DNA of 44,521 nucleotides. Source: a virus (taxonomy: Duplodnaviria > Heunggongvirae > Uroviricota > Caudoviricetes). The notes beneath the pieces were generated by a model that saw only the letters and a list, made by a program, of their open reading frames with translations, was not told the DNA's origin and searched no databases. Positions 1-9,232 of this stretch are shown in pieces; the stretch's first letter is position 1; each line of letters opens with the position of its first letter. The DNA lies in IMG/VR virus record IMGVR_UViG_2541047878_000001, positions 1 to 44,521 of that record; one strand, given 5' to 3'. Both the position numbers and the translations under genes were made by a program.

Positions 1-1254
1 ATGCTGGAACAAATGGGCATTGCCGCGAAGCAAGCCTCGTATAAATTAGCGCAACTCTCCAGCCGCGAAAAAAATCGTGTGCTGGAAAAAATCGCCGATG
101 AACTGGAAGCACAAAGCGAAAGTATCCTCAACGCTAACGCGCAGGATGTTGCAGACGCGCGTGCCAATGGCCTTAGCGAAGCGATGCTTGACCGTCTGGC
201 ACTGACGCCCGCACGGCTGAAAGGCATTGCCGACGATGTGCGCCAGGTGTGCAATCTCGCCGATCCGGTGGGGCAGGTAATCGATGGCGGCGTACTGGAC
301 AGCGGCCTGCGTCTGGAGCGCCGTCGCGTGCCGCTGGGGGTGATTGGCGTGATTTATGAAGCGCGCCCGAACGTGACGGTTGATGTTGCTTCCCTGTGCC
401 TGAAAACCGGTAACGCGGTGATCCTGCGCGGCGGCAAAGAAACCTGTCGCACTAACGCTGCAACGGTAGCGGTGATTCAGGACGCCCTGAAATCCTGCGG
501 CTTACCGGCGGGTGCCGTGCAGGCAATTGATAATCCTGACCGTGCGCTGGTCAGTGAAATGCTGCGTATGGATAAATACATCGACATGCTGATCCCGCGC
601 GGTGGGGCTGGTTTGCATAAACTGTGCCGCGAGCAGTCGACAATCCCGGTGATCACAGGCGGTATAGGCGTATGCCATATTTACGTTGATGAAAGCGCAG
701 AGATCGCTGAAGTATTAAAAGTGATCGTCAACGCGAAAACTCAGCGACCAAGCACATGTAATACGGTAGAAACCTTGCTGGTAAATAAAAACATCGCCGA
801 TAGCTTCCTGCCCGCATTAAGCAAGCAAATGGCGGAAAGCGGCGTGACGTTACACGCAGATGCTGCTGCGCTGGCGCAGTTGCAGACAGGCCCCGCGAAG
901 GTGGTGGCGGTTAAAGCCGAAGAGTATGACGATGAGTTTCTGTCATTAGATTTGAACGTCAAAATCGTTAGCGATCTTGACGATGCCATCGCCCATATTC
1001 GTGAACACGGCACGCAACACTCCGATGCGATCCTGACCCGCGATATGCGCAACGCCCAGCGTTTTGTTAACGAAGTGGATTCCTCCGCTGTTTACGTTAA
1101 CGCCTCTACGCGTTTTACCGACGGCGGCCAGTTTGGACTGGGGGCGGAAGTTGCGGTAAGCACACAAAAACTCCACGCGCGCGGCCCAATGGGGCTGGAA
1201 GCACTGACCACTTATAAGTGGATCGGCATTGGTGATTACACCATTCGTGCGTAA
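1..1254 (+). CDS. proA: Gamma-glutamyl phosphate reductase (complete, 417 aa)
   Basis: Full-length ORF whose N-terminus and length match enterobacterial ProA as I remember it; lies immediately upstream of thrW as in E. coli. Confidence 0.9.
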   Translation: MLEQMGIAAKQASYKLAQLSSREKNRVLEKIADELEAQSESILNANAQDVADARANGLSEAMLDRLALTPARLKGIADDVRQVCNLADPVGQVIDGGVLDSGLRLERRRVPLGVIGVIYEARPNVTVDVASLCLKTGNAVILRGGKETCRTNAATVAVIQDALKSCGLPAGAVQAIDNPDRALVSEMLRMDKYIDMLIPRGGAGLHKLCREQSTIPVITGGIGVCHIYVDESAEIAEVLKVIVNAKTQRPSTCNTVETLLVNKNIADSFLPALSKQMAESGVTLHADAAALAQLQTGPAKVVAVKAEEYDDEFLSLDLNVKIVSDLDDAIAHIREHGTQHSDAILTRDMRNAQRFVNEVDSSAVYVNASTRFTDGGQFGLGAEVAVSTQKLHARGPMGLEALTTYKWIGIGDYTIRA

Positions 1255-1368
1255 ATAAAACCGGGTGATGCAAAAGTAGCCATTTGATTCACAAGGCCAT
1301 TGACGCATCGCCCGGTTAGTTTTAACCTTGTCCACCGTGATTCACGTTCGTGAACATGTCCTTTCAGG

Positions 1369-1444
1369 GCCGATATAGCTCAGTTGGTAGAGCAGCGCAT
1401 TCGTAATGCGAAGGTCGTAGGTTCGACTCCTATTATCGGCACCA
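1369..1444 (+). tRNA. thrW: tRNA-Thr (anticodon CGU)
   Basis: 76 nt with 7-bp acceptor stem GCCGATA/TATCGGC, anticodon loop TTCGTAA, T-arm GGTTCGACTCC and terminal CCA. Confidence 0.9.
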
Positions 1445-1458
1445 TTAAAATCAATAAG

Positions 1459-2622
1459 TTATACATCATTAGTACCTTCCTTATTTTTTGACTGGGACAA
1501 ATTTGGGACCGATGGGTTCAGGATCGAGTCTATTTGCCGTGCGTGTTCGGTAAGGTGATTAGGTGCGAGGTGAGCATATCGACGAACCATTTCGATAGAC
1601 TCCCAGCCTCCCATTTCCTGTAACACTGACAACGGGACTCCGGCTTGAACCAGCCAACTTGCCCAGGTGTGTCTCAAGTCGTGAAATCTGAAATCATCAA
1701 TACCTGCTCGTCTCAGCGCCGCTTTCCAGGCTGTGTTTGCGTCATACCGCATCTTCCTGACCGTTGGCGCTTTCGTTCCGTCTGGTTTGGTACAGCTTTC
1801 CTTGTACACAAATACCCAACGGTGATGATTCCCGATTTGTTTTTTCAATACGCGACATGCAGTATCATTCAGCGCAACGCCAATTGCGCGGTTTGATTTA
1901 CTCTCTTCCGGGTTTATCCATGCCACCCGGCGCTGCATATCTATTTGTTGCCATTCAAGGTTGATGATGTTCGAGCGTCTTAAGCCTGTTGCCAGTGCAA
2001 ATTCAACAACAGACTTTAATGGCTCCGGACATTCATCAATCAGCCTTTGTGCTTCATGGGGCTCCAGCCAGCGGATCCGTTTATTCTTTGGTTGAGGCAC
2101 TTTAATAATTGGTGCCTTATCCAGCATTTTCCATTCACGCTCTGCGGCTCTTAGTAGGGCCTTTATAAATGAAAGATGCGTAGCCTTCGTTGCAACGGAC
2201 GCTGGTTTTGGCGTGTATTCTGGAACAGGTTTCCCTTTTTTTCTGCATGCTTCTGCCCTGAGTTTCCAGTTTTCCTCATGACGCCGGTTCGTCATTTTCT
2301 GCATTGCTGAATAAATTTTTGATTCAGTAATGTCTCTTAGTTGCATTCCTGCGAAATGTTGAAGCCAGAATCCGATCCGGCTTTTGTCATCGTCCAGTGA
2401 TTTTTTATGTGCTTTCTCTTCAAGCCACCTGACACACGCTTCCTCGAACGTTATATCAGGTATTTCACCAAGTTTGCTGACCCGCCATGCTTCAGCCTTT
2501 AGCTTGTCATGGAGTTCTGTCGCCTGCCTTTTGTCCTTTGTTCCAAGAGACTGTTTAAATCTTTTACCGTTCGGCAATGTGAAACTGGCGTACCATATTT
2601 CACCTCTGCGGAAGAGTGACAT
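1459..2622 (-). CDS. int: Tyrosine-type prophage integrase (IntD-like), 387 aa
   Basis: N-terminus [14 protein letters not shown] and C-terminal HDLRHT...Y catalytic region; AGGAAAG RBS upstream of the ATG; stop 15 bp from the thrW 3' end (attL side). Confidence 0.9.
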   Translation of the reverse strand: MSLFRRGEIWYASFTLPNGKRFKQSLGTKDKRQATELHDKLKAEAWRVSKLGEIPDITFEEACVRWLEEKAHKKSLDDDKSRIGFWLQHFAGMQLRDITESKIYSAMQKMTNRRHEENWKLRAEACRKKGKPVPEYTPKPASVATKATHLSFIKALLRAAEREWKMLDKAPIIKVPQPKNKRIRWLEPHEAQRLIDECPEPLKSVVEFALATGLRRSNIINLEWQQIDMQRRVAWINPEESKSNRAIGVALNDTACRVLKKQIGNHHRWVFVYKESCTKPDGTKAPTVRKMRYDANTAWKAALRRAGIDDFRFHDLRHTWASWLVQAGVPLSVLQEMGGWESIEMVRRYAHLAPNHLTEHARQIDSILNPSVPNLSQSKNKEGTNDV

Positions 2623-2849
2623 TTTCTTTCCTCTGTTATGCCATCACCCGCGCTCACCTGGACAGTATGCAGCGGAGACTGAAGCGCCGCAATGCAGGCT
2701 TGTCGTGTTGTGAGGTAAGGAGATTTATTCTTAGTGGGATCTTTGCGTGTTGCCTGAAGACGCCCTGTGCGTATCCAGTTAATGGCAGTCGGTCTGGATA
2801 TCTTGAGAAAATGACAGGCCTCATCGAGTGTGAGGCTGTATGGCTCCAT
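2499..2849 (-). CDS. Excisionase/AlpA-like HTH protein (putative Xis)
   Basis: Motif [26 protein letters not shown] directly upstream of int; start chosen at MEPYSL (TAATG overlap with preceding ORF). The 124-bp overlap with int is unusual, so extent is uncertain. Confidence 0.45.
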   Translation of the reverse strand: MEPYSLTLDEACHFLKISRPTAINWIRTGRLQATRKDPTKNKSPYLTTRQACIAALQSPLHTVQVSAGDGITEERKCHSSAEVKYGTPVSHCRTVKDLNSLLEQRTKGRRQNSMTS

Positions 2850-3154
2850 TATTTCACCTCTTGCTGTGACATTGTTGAAAAATGGATACCAGCTCGTTGC
2901 TGCCAGACGATCCAACCGAGAGTCATATCCCATGCCATGTATTCGTTATCGCCGTTTTTTGCTCTCCGACGATCTACTAAGTCACCGAAACGCTTTTCCA
3001 TGAATAATTCATAAGCTTCGCGTTCATCTGGTTCTACTTCCAGAGATAGGAGTGCGATTTCATAAGCACGGCGCTCAATATCGTCTCGCACGTCAAGGCT
3101 GCTGATACGCTCTTTAATTTCTTTAATCAGTTCTTTGTCGGTAAAAGTGGTCAT
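2849..3154 (-). CDS. Hypothetical early-region protein (101 aa)
   Basis: ORF translationally coupled to neighbours in the leftward operon; no recognisable motif. Confidence 0.4.
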   Translation of the reverse strand: MTTFTDKELIKEIKERISSLDVRDDIERRAYEIALLSLEVEPDEREAYELFMEKRFGDLVDRRRAKNGDNEYMAWDMTLGWIVWQQRAGIHFSTMSQQEVK

Positions 3155-3510
3155 TATGCTCCAGCCTCCGGTGCTTTTGGCATTACTGCCCAGTGAGTGA
3201 TATTGACGTTTTCAAGGTCCCCGACCTGAAATGTCCACTGCCATTCTCCGGTTTCTTTTTGTCCCCAGGTGTACCAGAGAGAACGCCAGCCAATTAGCCA
3301 GCCTTCTCCGTTAGCATCGAATAACAAAACACTTTCATTTGCTGGTGGCAGTTCAGTTGACACTGGTATTACTTTGTTTTCCTGTGCTGCACATTTAGCT
3401 TCAAGCGCATCGAATTTACGCACCAGGTATTCAGCATCTGTTTCATTTACTTTCAGATCTCGCGGTACACATCTCCCACGAAGAAACCCTTCCATTTCGA
3501 AAACATTCAT
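3154..3510 (-). CDS. Hypothetical phage protein, W-rich C-terminus (about 118 aa)
   Basis: ORF in leftward operon; start placed at the ATGA overlap with the upstream gene stop. Confidence 0.4.
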   Translation of the reverse strand: MNVFEMEGFLRGRCVPRDLKVNETDAEYLVRKFDALEAKCAAQENKVIPVSTELPPANESVLLFDANGEGWLIGWRSLWYTWGQKETGEWQWTFQVGDLENVNITHWAVMPKAPEAGA

Positions 3511-4043
3511 GCGCATTTGCGTAACTCCGATAACTCGTTAAAGCGTTCCATAAACATCCCGTAGGCATGGCCCGGTGCCAGTGGAATCACGTTGAACATC
3601 TCTGTTGCCGGGATACCTTCCAGTACAGGCCAGAAAGAGCCATCATCAAGCCCGAGATCGCGGCGTTCGGTTGCCAGCATGATGAGATCGGCATATTTCA
3701 CGGGCGTACTCATAACCGGGGGTAACCCGTATTTCTCACGGATTACGGCGTCTATTTTTTCTTCCATTTGTTTATAGTCAGGAAGAAGGCGTTTCAGTGG
3801 TGCGGGAATGTCCTGGCAATACGCTTCTGTTGCATCATGCATTAACGCTTCAAAAGCAAATTCCTGCGGCACCAGCTGGCTGCAAAGAACCGCATGTTGG
3901 GCGACGCTGTAGAAGTGCGAAAGATGACCGGCAAAGCGACAGATATTTGAAAGGGAAACCGCGATATCGTTAATATCGATGTCGTCTTTATTTATCCTGT
4001 CATAATAAAAATGCTTCCCGGAAAAAGTTTTAATAAATGACAT
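3507..4043 (-). CDS. HD-domain phosphohydrolase (YfbR-like nucleotidase family)
   Basis: H...HD motif (AQHAV...LMHDATEAY...DIPAPLK) resembling YfbR-type dNMP phosphohydrolases; GGAG RBS before the internal ATG (MSFIKTF), the track ORF starting upstream at GTG. Confidence 0.55.
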   Translation of the reverse strand: MSFIKTFSGKHFYYDRINKDDIDINDIAVSLSNICRFAGHLSHFYSVAQHAVLCSQLVPQEFAFEALMHDATEAYCQDIPAPLKRLLPDYKQMEEKIDAVIREKYGLPPVMSTPVKYADLIMLATERRDLGLDDGSFWPVLEGIPATEMFNVIPLAPGHAYGMFMERFNELSELRKCA

Positions 4044-4139
4044 TTTGTTCTCCACGTATATGCGCTGCACCGCGCTGAATTCTGGTAAAAAGAATCCCTC
4101 ACCATCCGGCGATTATTGAGTAAATTACGTTTCCATAAA

Positions 4140-4440
4140 TGCCCCCGTAGGGGCGGTTAGTTTCTCCACAAAACAGAGAAGAACACCTGCGGTGGCAGCC
4201 GCCCGGATGGATTGGGTTATGAGCCCGTCGTCCGGTGATGCTCTTCTCTGTTTTGTAAAAAGGACGGTACCAGCCGGAAGCAAGGGTACAAACTGGTACC
4301 TCCAGGACTACACACAGCATAAAGTTGTGGTGCCGGGTGCCTCCCGGTGCCTGGCGAAGGTTGCACACCAGGCGGGTGGGTATCCACAGAAGGTCGACTG
4401 TCAGCCTCAACCTTAACCCGCGTGCGCTGAGCCGCATTCA
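4140..4440. ncRNA. Candidate structured non-coding RNA (unclassified); strand not determined
   Basis: GC-rich block with overlapping short ORFs in several frames, a perfect 15-bp inverted repeat (ACAAAACAGAGAAGA near 4169 / TCTTCTCTGTTTTGT near 4241) enclosing GC-rich sub-hairpins, and hairpin GCCCC-CGTA-GGGGC at 4141-4155. Confidence 0.2.
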
Positions 4441-4719
4441 CCACAACGCTAAGGATTCTCTCTGGTTGAAAATACTTAGCTGTTATGTGCCTGTCTTTTC
4501 ACCACTTCAGGCTCGGTGGTATCCTTTTAAGCCCGTATACATAAAAGGAAAATCAAATGACTTTTGATGAAAAAGAACTTGATAATGCAATTAATAAAAT
4601 CATCGTAACGTCGCTCTTTTCCTGTCTCAGCGACACTCAGCAAAAACAGTTCTACGAATCGGCTTTCAACATGATCGAGCGTTGTTGTTTCTGCGATGCC
4701 GACGAGTTACCTGAAAAAA

Positions 4720-4995
4720 TCAGGAAACAGTTGGCTGATGCTCTTCGAGTGCGACTTTCTGACCAATTTTCTGAAATGTACTCTCCGAATTTGGACAAAT
4801 AGAAAAAGGCCATTTCCATTCAGGGTCTGATGGAAAGACTTCAGCCTGTTCTAAAGCACGGCGTAAAGAGAACACAACTCCAGCCATAATCTGATGTTTC
4901 CCATTGGTCCAGCTATTGCCGCTCTGATCTACAGGAGCGGCTATGTCGTATGACCAAACGACTTCACCACTATTGTTTAAAATCTGGACTTTCAT
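4720..4995 (-). CDS. Hypothetical small protein (91 aa)
   Basis: ORF with GGAGG upstream, adjacent to the stop of the 5004-5225 ORF; overlaps a plus-strand ORF (4557-4802), so the call is tentative. Confidence 0.3.
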   Translation of the reverse strand: MKVQILNNSGEVVWSYDIAAPVDQSGNSWTNGKHQIMAGVVFSLRRALEQAEVFPSDPEWKWPFSICPNSESTFQKIGQKVALEEHQPTVS

Positions 4996-5003
4996 TTTGT
5001 TCT

Positions 5004-5225
5004 TTAACCTCCAGATTTCCGCGCATCTAAAGGCGCATTCTCATTTGGTGTGAACTGAATAGTTGTGCTGATATTGATTAATGCCCCGACACACAAGACT
5101 ACGCACTCAGAGCAGATAGCAACTTCATCTTTTCCGCCTTTGGCGATGATTTTTTTTGCCTGCAGCTCGTTTGCGCCACAAAACGAGCATGTGAAATAAC
5201 GGTTCATTTTCGCTCTCTTACACAT
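5004..5225 (-). CDS. Small zinc-ribbon protein resembling the ClpX N-terminal zinc-binding domain
   Basis: CSFCG...(19 aa)...ICSECV spacing similar to the ClpX ZBD C4 motif; first gene downstream of the putative PL/OL region. Confidence 0.4.
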   Translation of the reverse strand: MCKRAKMNRYFTCSFCGANELQAKKIIAKGGKDEVAICSECVVLCVGALINISTTIQFTPNENAPLDARKSGG

Positions 5226-5313
5226 AGTATTTAACGAATCATCCGGTCATTCATACGCCACCGGCGGCTACTTCGTGGGCGTCCTGCCTGTCCGTGATAG
5301 CTTACATTATGTT

Positions 5314-5352
5314 GCTACTTAAAGTAGCAGAAATCAACAACAAAAAGTAGAT
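5314..5352. promoter_or_regulatory. OL-like operator cluster (putative CI binding sites, PL region)
   Basis: Perfect 15-bp palindrome GCTACTTAAAGTAGC (5314-5328) and a further AAAGTAG half-site, related to the repeats in the cI-cro intergenic region. Confidence 0.4.
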
Positions 5353-5429
5353 ATTTGTTGTTGTCTATGATTTTTCTATAATTAATTGAAAGTTAAATGT
5401 TTTTGCTGATTTACGGTAATGACTCCAAC

Positions 5430-5933
5430 TTATTGATAGTGTTTTATGTTCAGATAATGCCCGATGACTTTGTCATGCAGCTCCACCGATTTTGAGAACG
5501 ACAGCGACTTCCGTCCCAGCCGTGCCAGGTGCTGCCTCAGATTCAGGTTATGCCGCTCAATTCGCTGCGTATATCGCTTGCTGATTACGTGCAGCTTTCC
5601 CTTCAGGCGGGATTCATACAGCGGCCAGCCATCCGTCATCCATATCACCACGTCAAAGGGTGACAGCAGGCTCATAAGACGCCCCAGCGTCGCCATAGTG
5701 CGTTCACCGAATACGTGCGCAACAACCGTCTTCCGGAGCCCGTCATACGCGTAAAACAGCCAGCGCTGGCGCGATTTAGCCCCGACATAGCCCCACTGTT
5801 CGTCCATTTCCGCGCAGACGATGACGTCACTGCCCGGCTGTATGCGCGAGGTTACCGACTGCGGCCTGAGTTTTTTAAGTGACGTAAAATCGTGTTGAGG
5901 CCAACGCCCATAATGCGGGGTGTTGCCCGGCAT
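5430..5933 (-). CDS. insB: IS1 InsB (transposase frame, expressed as InsAB' by -1 frameshift)
   Basis: 167-aa ORF overlapping the insA 3' end within IS1. Confidence 0.85.
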   Translation of the reverse strand: MPGNTPHYGRWPQHDFTSLKKLRPQSVTSRIQPGSDVIVCAEMDEQWGYVGAKSRQRWLFYAYDGLRKTVVAHVFGERTMATLGRLMSLLSPFDVVIWMTDGWPLYESRLKGKLHVISKRYTQRIERHNLNLRQHLARLGRKSLSFSKSVELHDKVIGHYLNIKHYQ

Positions 5934-6127
5934 CCAACGCCATTCATGGCCATATCAATGATTTTCTGGTGCGTACCGGGTTGAGAAGCGGTGTAAGTGA
6001 ACTGCAGTTGCCATGTTTTACGGCAGTGAGAGCAGAGATAGCGCTGATGTCCGGCGGTGCTTTTGCCGTTACGCACCACTCCGTCAGTAGCTGAACAGGA
6101 GGGACAGTTGATAGAAACAGAAGCCAC
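5852..6127 (-). CDS. insA: IS1 InsA
   Basis: 91-aa ORF with zinc-finger-like CPSC...CSHC inside IS1. Confidence 0.85.
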   Translation of the reverse strand: MASVSINCPSCSATDGVVRNGKSTAGHQRYLCSHCRKTWQLQFTYTASQPGTHQKIIDMAMNGVGCRATPRIMGVGLNTILRHLKNSGRSR

Positions 6128-6295
6128 TGGAGCACCTCAAAAACACCATCATACACTAAATCAGTAAGTTGGCAGCATCACCTGATTTACTATGCTATAA
6201 ACTGAAAATATCGCACGAAGTTGGAGTAGGTATTGAGCAAGGTGAATTATGAGGAGGGAGTTTTTTATGAGATTAATCAGGGAGAAAGAAGAGTA

Positions 6296-6318
6296 AAGCC
6301 CGGTTATGCGGCCGGGCA
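6296..6318 (-). terminator. Putative terminator downstream of the ParA-like gene
   Basis: GC hairpin (GCCCGGCCGCATAACCGGGC on the minus strand) followed by a T-rich tract. Confidence 0.35.
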
Positions 6319-6324
6319 CATGCA

Positions 6325-7401
6325 TTACTTTGTAAGTTCTAGAACTCGTTGAGCCAGCCCTTTAAATTGTTCGTTAAAGGCGTCTCTGCTTGATTTCATT
6401 GTATTTAAGGCATGCCCAAATTGCCCTGAATCGCGAATTTGCTGATCACTGATGGAGAAAACAGGTGTCGCTAGTTGTTGGCTTATTGCGATTAATGAGT
6501 TGAAATCGGAAATATGCGCAAGATCATAGGCTGATAAATCTCCACTGACTGTTGTTTTGTTAATTGCATGTTGCACTTTATCTCGTGGAATTATGCAGGT
6601 AATTTTTTCTAGATTTGGCACTAAGATCGAATCAACAGCATCACGGATAGCTGCCATCCATTTTTCGAAAGATTTTACAGGTGCTCCTTTACGCGGCCTG
6701 TATCTCTGCTGAATCATACCTAGAAACTGCGGTGCATTTTTAATTGATTGTGAAGAGTTACCATCATTATTTTCTTTAAATAATGCTAATTCTTTGTGCC
6801 AGCGAGGTATATTTTTTGAGAGAGAGCGAATTGCTTGCCAGCAAAAAAAGTCTGGAGCTACAGGTACGATAAAATAGTCACTTGACATGAGAACTACTTC
6901 ATTTAAACCTCCAATATTAGGGCTGAGATCATAAAGAATGTAATCAATATTATTCTTCATGGCGATTAGCTGTAATATTTTTGGCAGGTTCCCTGGTATA
7001 TTTCTTGTAGCAGGAATACCAGCAGCAATTTTTAGAGAAACACTTATCTGTGAATCTAAGTCCGAAACATCTAAATGTCCGGGAAGAAGCAGAAGGTTTT
7101 CATGCAGTGTAGGGTGTAATTTTCCCGTTTCTTTTTCAAGGTATGCTTCAGGTTGTCCGCCATTAATCAAATATTCTACAATAGGTCCAAGAGTTAAGTT
7201 ATCTCTGCTAGAATAAAAAGAATCTAAACCCTCATCAATCTTTTCATAGCCAAGAACCATTCCTGTTAGATTACATTGCGAATCAAGGTCAACCATCAAT
7301 ACTTTCTTGCCTTCATCCGCAAGTGCCCATCCAAGATTGAAGGTTGTTGTGGTTTTACTTACCCCACCTTTATGATTAAAAAAACAAATTGATTTTGTCA
7401 T
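6325..7401 (-). CDS. ParA/MinD-like ATPase with C-terminal extension (358 aa), orphan
   Basis: Deviant Walker A NHKGGVSKTT and ParA-like N-terminal region; AT-rich by eye; sits between the OL-like operators and cI, co-oriented with cI; no parB-like partner nearby. Confidence 0.7.
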   Translation of the reverse strand: MTKSICFFNHKGGVSKTTTTFNLGWALADEGKKVLMVDLDSQCNLTGMVLGYEKIDEGLDSFYSSRDNLTLGPIVEYLINGGQPEAYLEKETGKLHPTLHENLLLLPGHLDVSDLDSQISVSLKIAAGIPATRNIPGNLPKILQLIAMKNNIDYILYDLSPNIGGLNEVVLMSSDYFIVPVAPDFFCWQAIRSLSKNIPRWHKELALFKENNDGNSSQSIKNAPQFLGMIQQRYRPRKGAPVKSFEKWMAAIRDAVDSILVPNLEKITCIIPRDKVQHAINKTTVSGDLSAYDLAHISDFNSLIAISQQLATPVFSISDQQIRDSGQFGHALNTMKSSRDAFNEQFKGLAQRVLELTK

Positions 7402-7571
7402 ATTTCTCTATCCTTTCGACCCCCAGTATATTGTAATTTACGCTGGGTGATTATTTTATATTGTTAATGATAATGTTTAATAAAAATAAGAGAGTAAAAC
7501 AACTATTAGTAATAGCGCTTGCTTGCTAAATATTATTTTTTTACCTTTAGTTCTATAGTCTAAACGAAGAA

Positions 7572-8276
7572 CTAAAGCCGGTTGTATTTAATTGATTCGT
7601 GTATCAATGCTTTGCCCATAACATAAAGTTGATCTTGGGACTTCTCATCAATGTACCATTTCTCATAGGCTGGATTATCCGAAAGAACGGCGAGTTTGTT
7701 GCCTTGCATTTGTAGACGTTTAACGTGGAACGTCTTACCATAAACGAAAGAGTAAACACCATCAGTTTGGAAGTTGCGAACAGAAATGTCGACAAACAGT
7801 CGATCTCCGGAAACTAGAGTAGGGGACATGCTGTCGCCATTTACAGTCATAACTTTAATATCATCTTGAGAACGATTACCGAAAAGAGAACGGGCATGCT
7901 CTGTTGTGAACTCAATGGCGTAGAGCACATCAACATAGTCTGAAAGCATATAGGTCCCAGGTCCTGCGCTAACGCTAAGATCCAAAACTTCTATCCTGTA
8001 TACATCGGGTTTTGTTGGATTGGGGATGCTTGCCATTTCCTTACATCCTTCTCTCTCGCCAACACCATATTCTAAATATGAAGCTGATACCCCCAGAGCC
8101 AATGCAAGTTTATTCATGACAGAGGCACGAGGCTTCGCAGCGCCGATTGTGTATCGCCGCGCCATTTCATATGTAACGCCCACAAGACTTTTGAGTTGGG
8201 TGACAGAAATTCCCTTGTTTGTCATTAGCTCGTTTAGTCTCTTGGCGAAATCTGGATACTTCTGTTCTTCTACCAT
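7572..8276 (-). CDS. cI: CI-like repressor (HTH plus LexA-like S24 peptidase domain)
   Basis: N-terminal HTH (MTNKGISVTQLKSLVGV) and C-terminal S24-like domain (VNGDSMSPTL...GKTFHVKRL); start ambiguous between 8276, 8312 and 8333, and 8276 leaves a typical operator-containing intergenic region. Confidence 0.8.
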   Translation of the reverse strand: MVEEQKYPDFAKRLNELMTNKGISVTQLKSLVGVTYEMARRYTIGAAKPRASVMNKLALALGVSASYLEYGVGEREGCKEMASIPNPTKPDVYRIEVLDLSVSAGPGTYMLSDYVDVLYAIEFTTEHARSLFGNRSQDDIKVMTVNGDSMSPTLVSGDRLFVDISVRNFQTDGVYSFVYGKTFHVKRLQMQGNKLAVLSDNPAYEKWYIDEKSQDQLYVMGKALIHESIKYNRL

Positions 8277-8314
8277 AGGTAGAAGATTACTCGCATCACA
8301 TACGCTAGTCATTT

Positions 8315-8350
8315 CTATTTTAAGTAGTTGCATTTTGCTATTTTAAGTAG
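8315..8350. promoter_or_regulatory. OR-like operator repeats in the cI-cro divergent promoter region
   Basis: Two copies of CTATTTTAAGTAG (8315-8327, 8338-8350) 23 bp apart between divergent cI and cro. Confidence 0.45.
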
Positions 8351-8382
8351 CATCATCCCTCTGAATTTCAGAGGAGAAAGGT

Positions 8383-8646
8383 ATGTCATCTCAAAACTAC
8401 ACAGAGAAAGCAGTAAAAGCTGCGGGAAAATCTTTATCTGAAGTAGCCCGTCACTTTGGTTTTAAGTCCACTCAATCCGTCGCTAATTGGGTAATTAACA
8501 ATCAAGTCCCGTCAGAACGGGTTTTACAACTTTGTGAGTTGGGAAACTGGTCCGTGACCCCTCATGAACTGCGTCCTGATATTTACCCCAATCCAAATGA
8601 TGGATTACCTGAGTGCTATTCAAAAGTTAGCGGTTCAGCTGCGTAA
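8383..8646 (+). CDS. Cro/YdaS-like HTH regulator (87 aa)
   Basis: Divergent from cI, preceded by GAGGAGAAAGG RBS; HTH-like segment LSEVARHFGFKSTQSVANWV. Confidence 0.6.
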   Translation: MSSQNYTEKAVKAAGKSLSEVARHFGFKSTQSVANWVINNQVPSERVLQLCELGNWSVTPHELRPDIYPNPNDGLPECYSKVSGSAA

Positions 8647-8675
8647 ACGTAACCACAGAAACGAGGAGTTAACCG

Positions 8676-9232
8676 TGGGTAAGCATCACTGGAAAGTAGA
8701 AAAACAGCCTGAGTGGTACGTGAAAGCTGTCAGAAAAACTATCGCAGCGTTGCCGGGGGGTTACGCTGAAGCTGCTGACTGGCTGGACGTAACAGAGAAC
8801 GCATTATTTAACCGCCTTCGTGCCGATGGCGATCAGATTTTCCCGCTGGGATGGGCAATGATTTTGCAACGTGCTGGTGGAACTCACTTCATTGCTGACG
8901 CTGTGGCGCAGTCTGCAAATGGCATCTTTGTGTCTCTTCCTGACGTCGAGGATGTGGACAATGCCGATATTAACCAGCGTCTGCTGGAAGTCATTGAACA
9001 GATCGGCAGTTATTCCAGACAGATTCGTTCAGCAATTGAAGACGGTGTAGTGGAACCGCATGAGAAGACAGCAATTAACGACGAGCTGTATCTCTCAATT
9101 TCGAAGCTGCAGGAGCATGCAGCACTTGTCTACAAAATTTTTTGCATTTCAGAAAGTAATGACGCCCGCGAGTGTGCAGCTCCGGGCGTCGTGGCGTCGA
9201 TTGCTTCTGGTTGTGGAGAAACTAACGCATGA
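8676..9232 (+). CDS. CII-like early regulatory protein (putative)
   Basis: ORF after cro; start placed at GTG preceded by GAGGAG. Family assignment is from position and memory only. Confidence 0.4.

Larger units (their letters stand above)
5415..6182 (-). mobile_element. IS1 insertion sequence (768 bp) with flanking TGATTTAC target duplication
   Basis: Recognised IS1 terminal sequence GGTAATGACTCCAACTTATTGATAGTG at the left end and its inverted copy (ATCAGTAAGTTGGCAGCATCACC) at the right end; 8-bp direct repeat TGATTTAC on both flanks. Confidence 0.9.

Noticed and set aside
1645-2713. Plus-strand ORFs antisense to the integrase gene (1645-1896, 1764-1964, 2384-2713)
   Set aside because: Lie entirely within or across the well-supported int/xis coding region on the opposite strand; no RBS.
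4099-4567. Four overlapping ORFs (74-112 aa) on both strands in the GC-rich block
   Set aside because: Mutually overlapping in several frames, low-complexity Arg/Pro/Gly-rich translations, no RBS; typical of GC-rich non-coding or structured-RNA DNA rather than genes.
4557-4802. Plus-strand 81-aa ORF
   Set aside because: Overlaps the minus-strand ORF 4720-4995 convergently and runs against the leftward operon; kept only as an unlisted low-confidence alternative.
7604-8346. Alternative ORFs within or antisense to cI (7604-7795 minus, 8020-8346 plus)
   Set aside because: Embedded in the clearly recognisable repressor gene; no independent support.
8564-8675. Extended N-terminus of the CII-like ORF (track start at 8564)
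   Set aside because: Extension overlaps the cro 3' end and lacks an RBS; the GTG at 8676 with an upstream GAGGAG is the better start.
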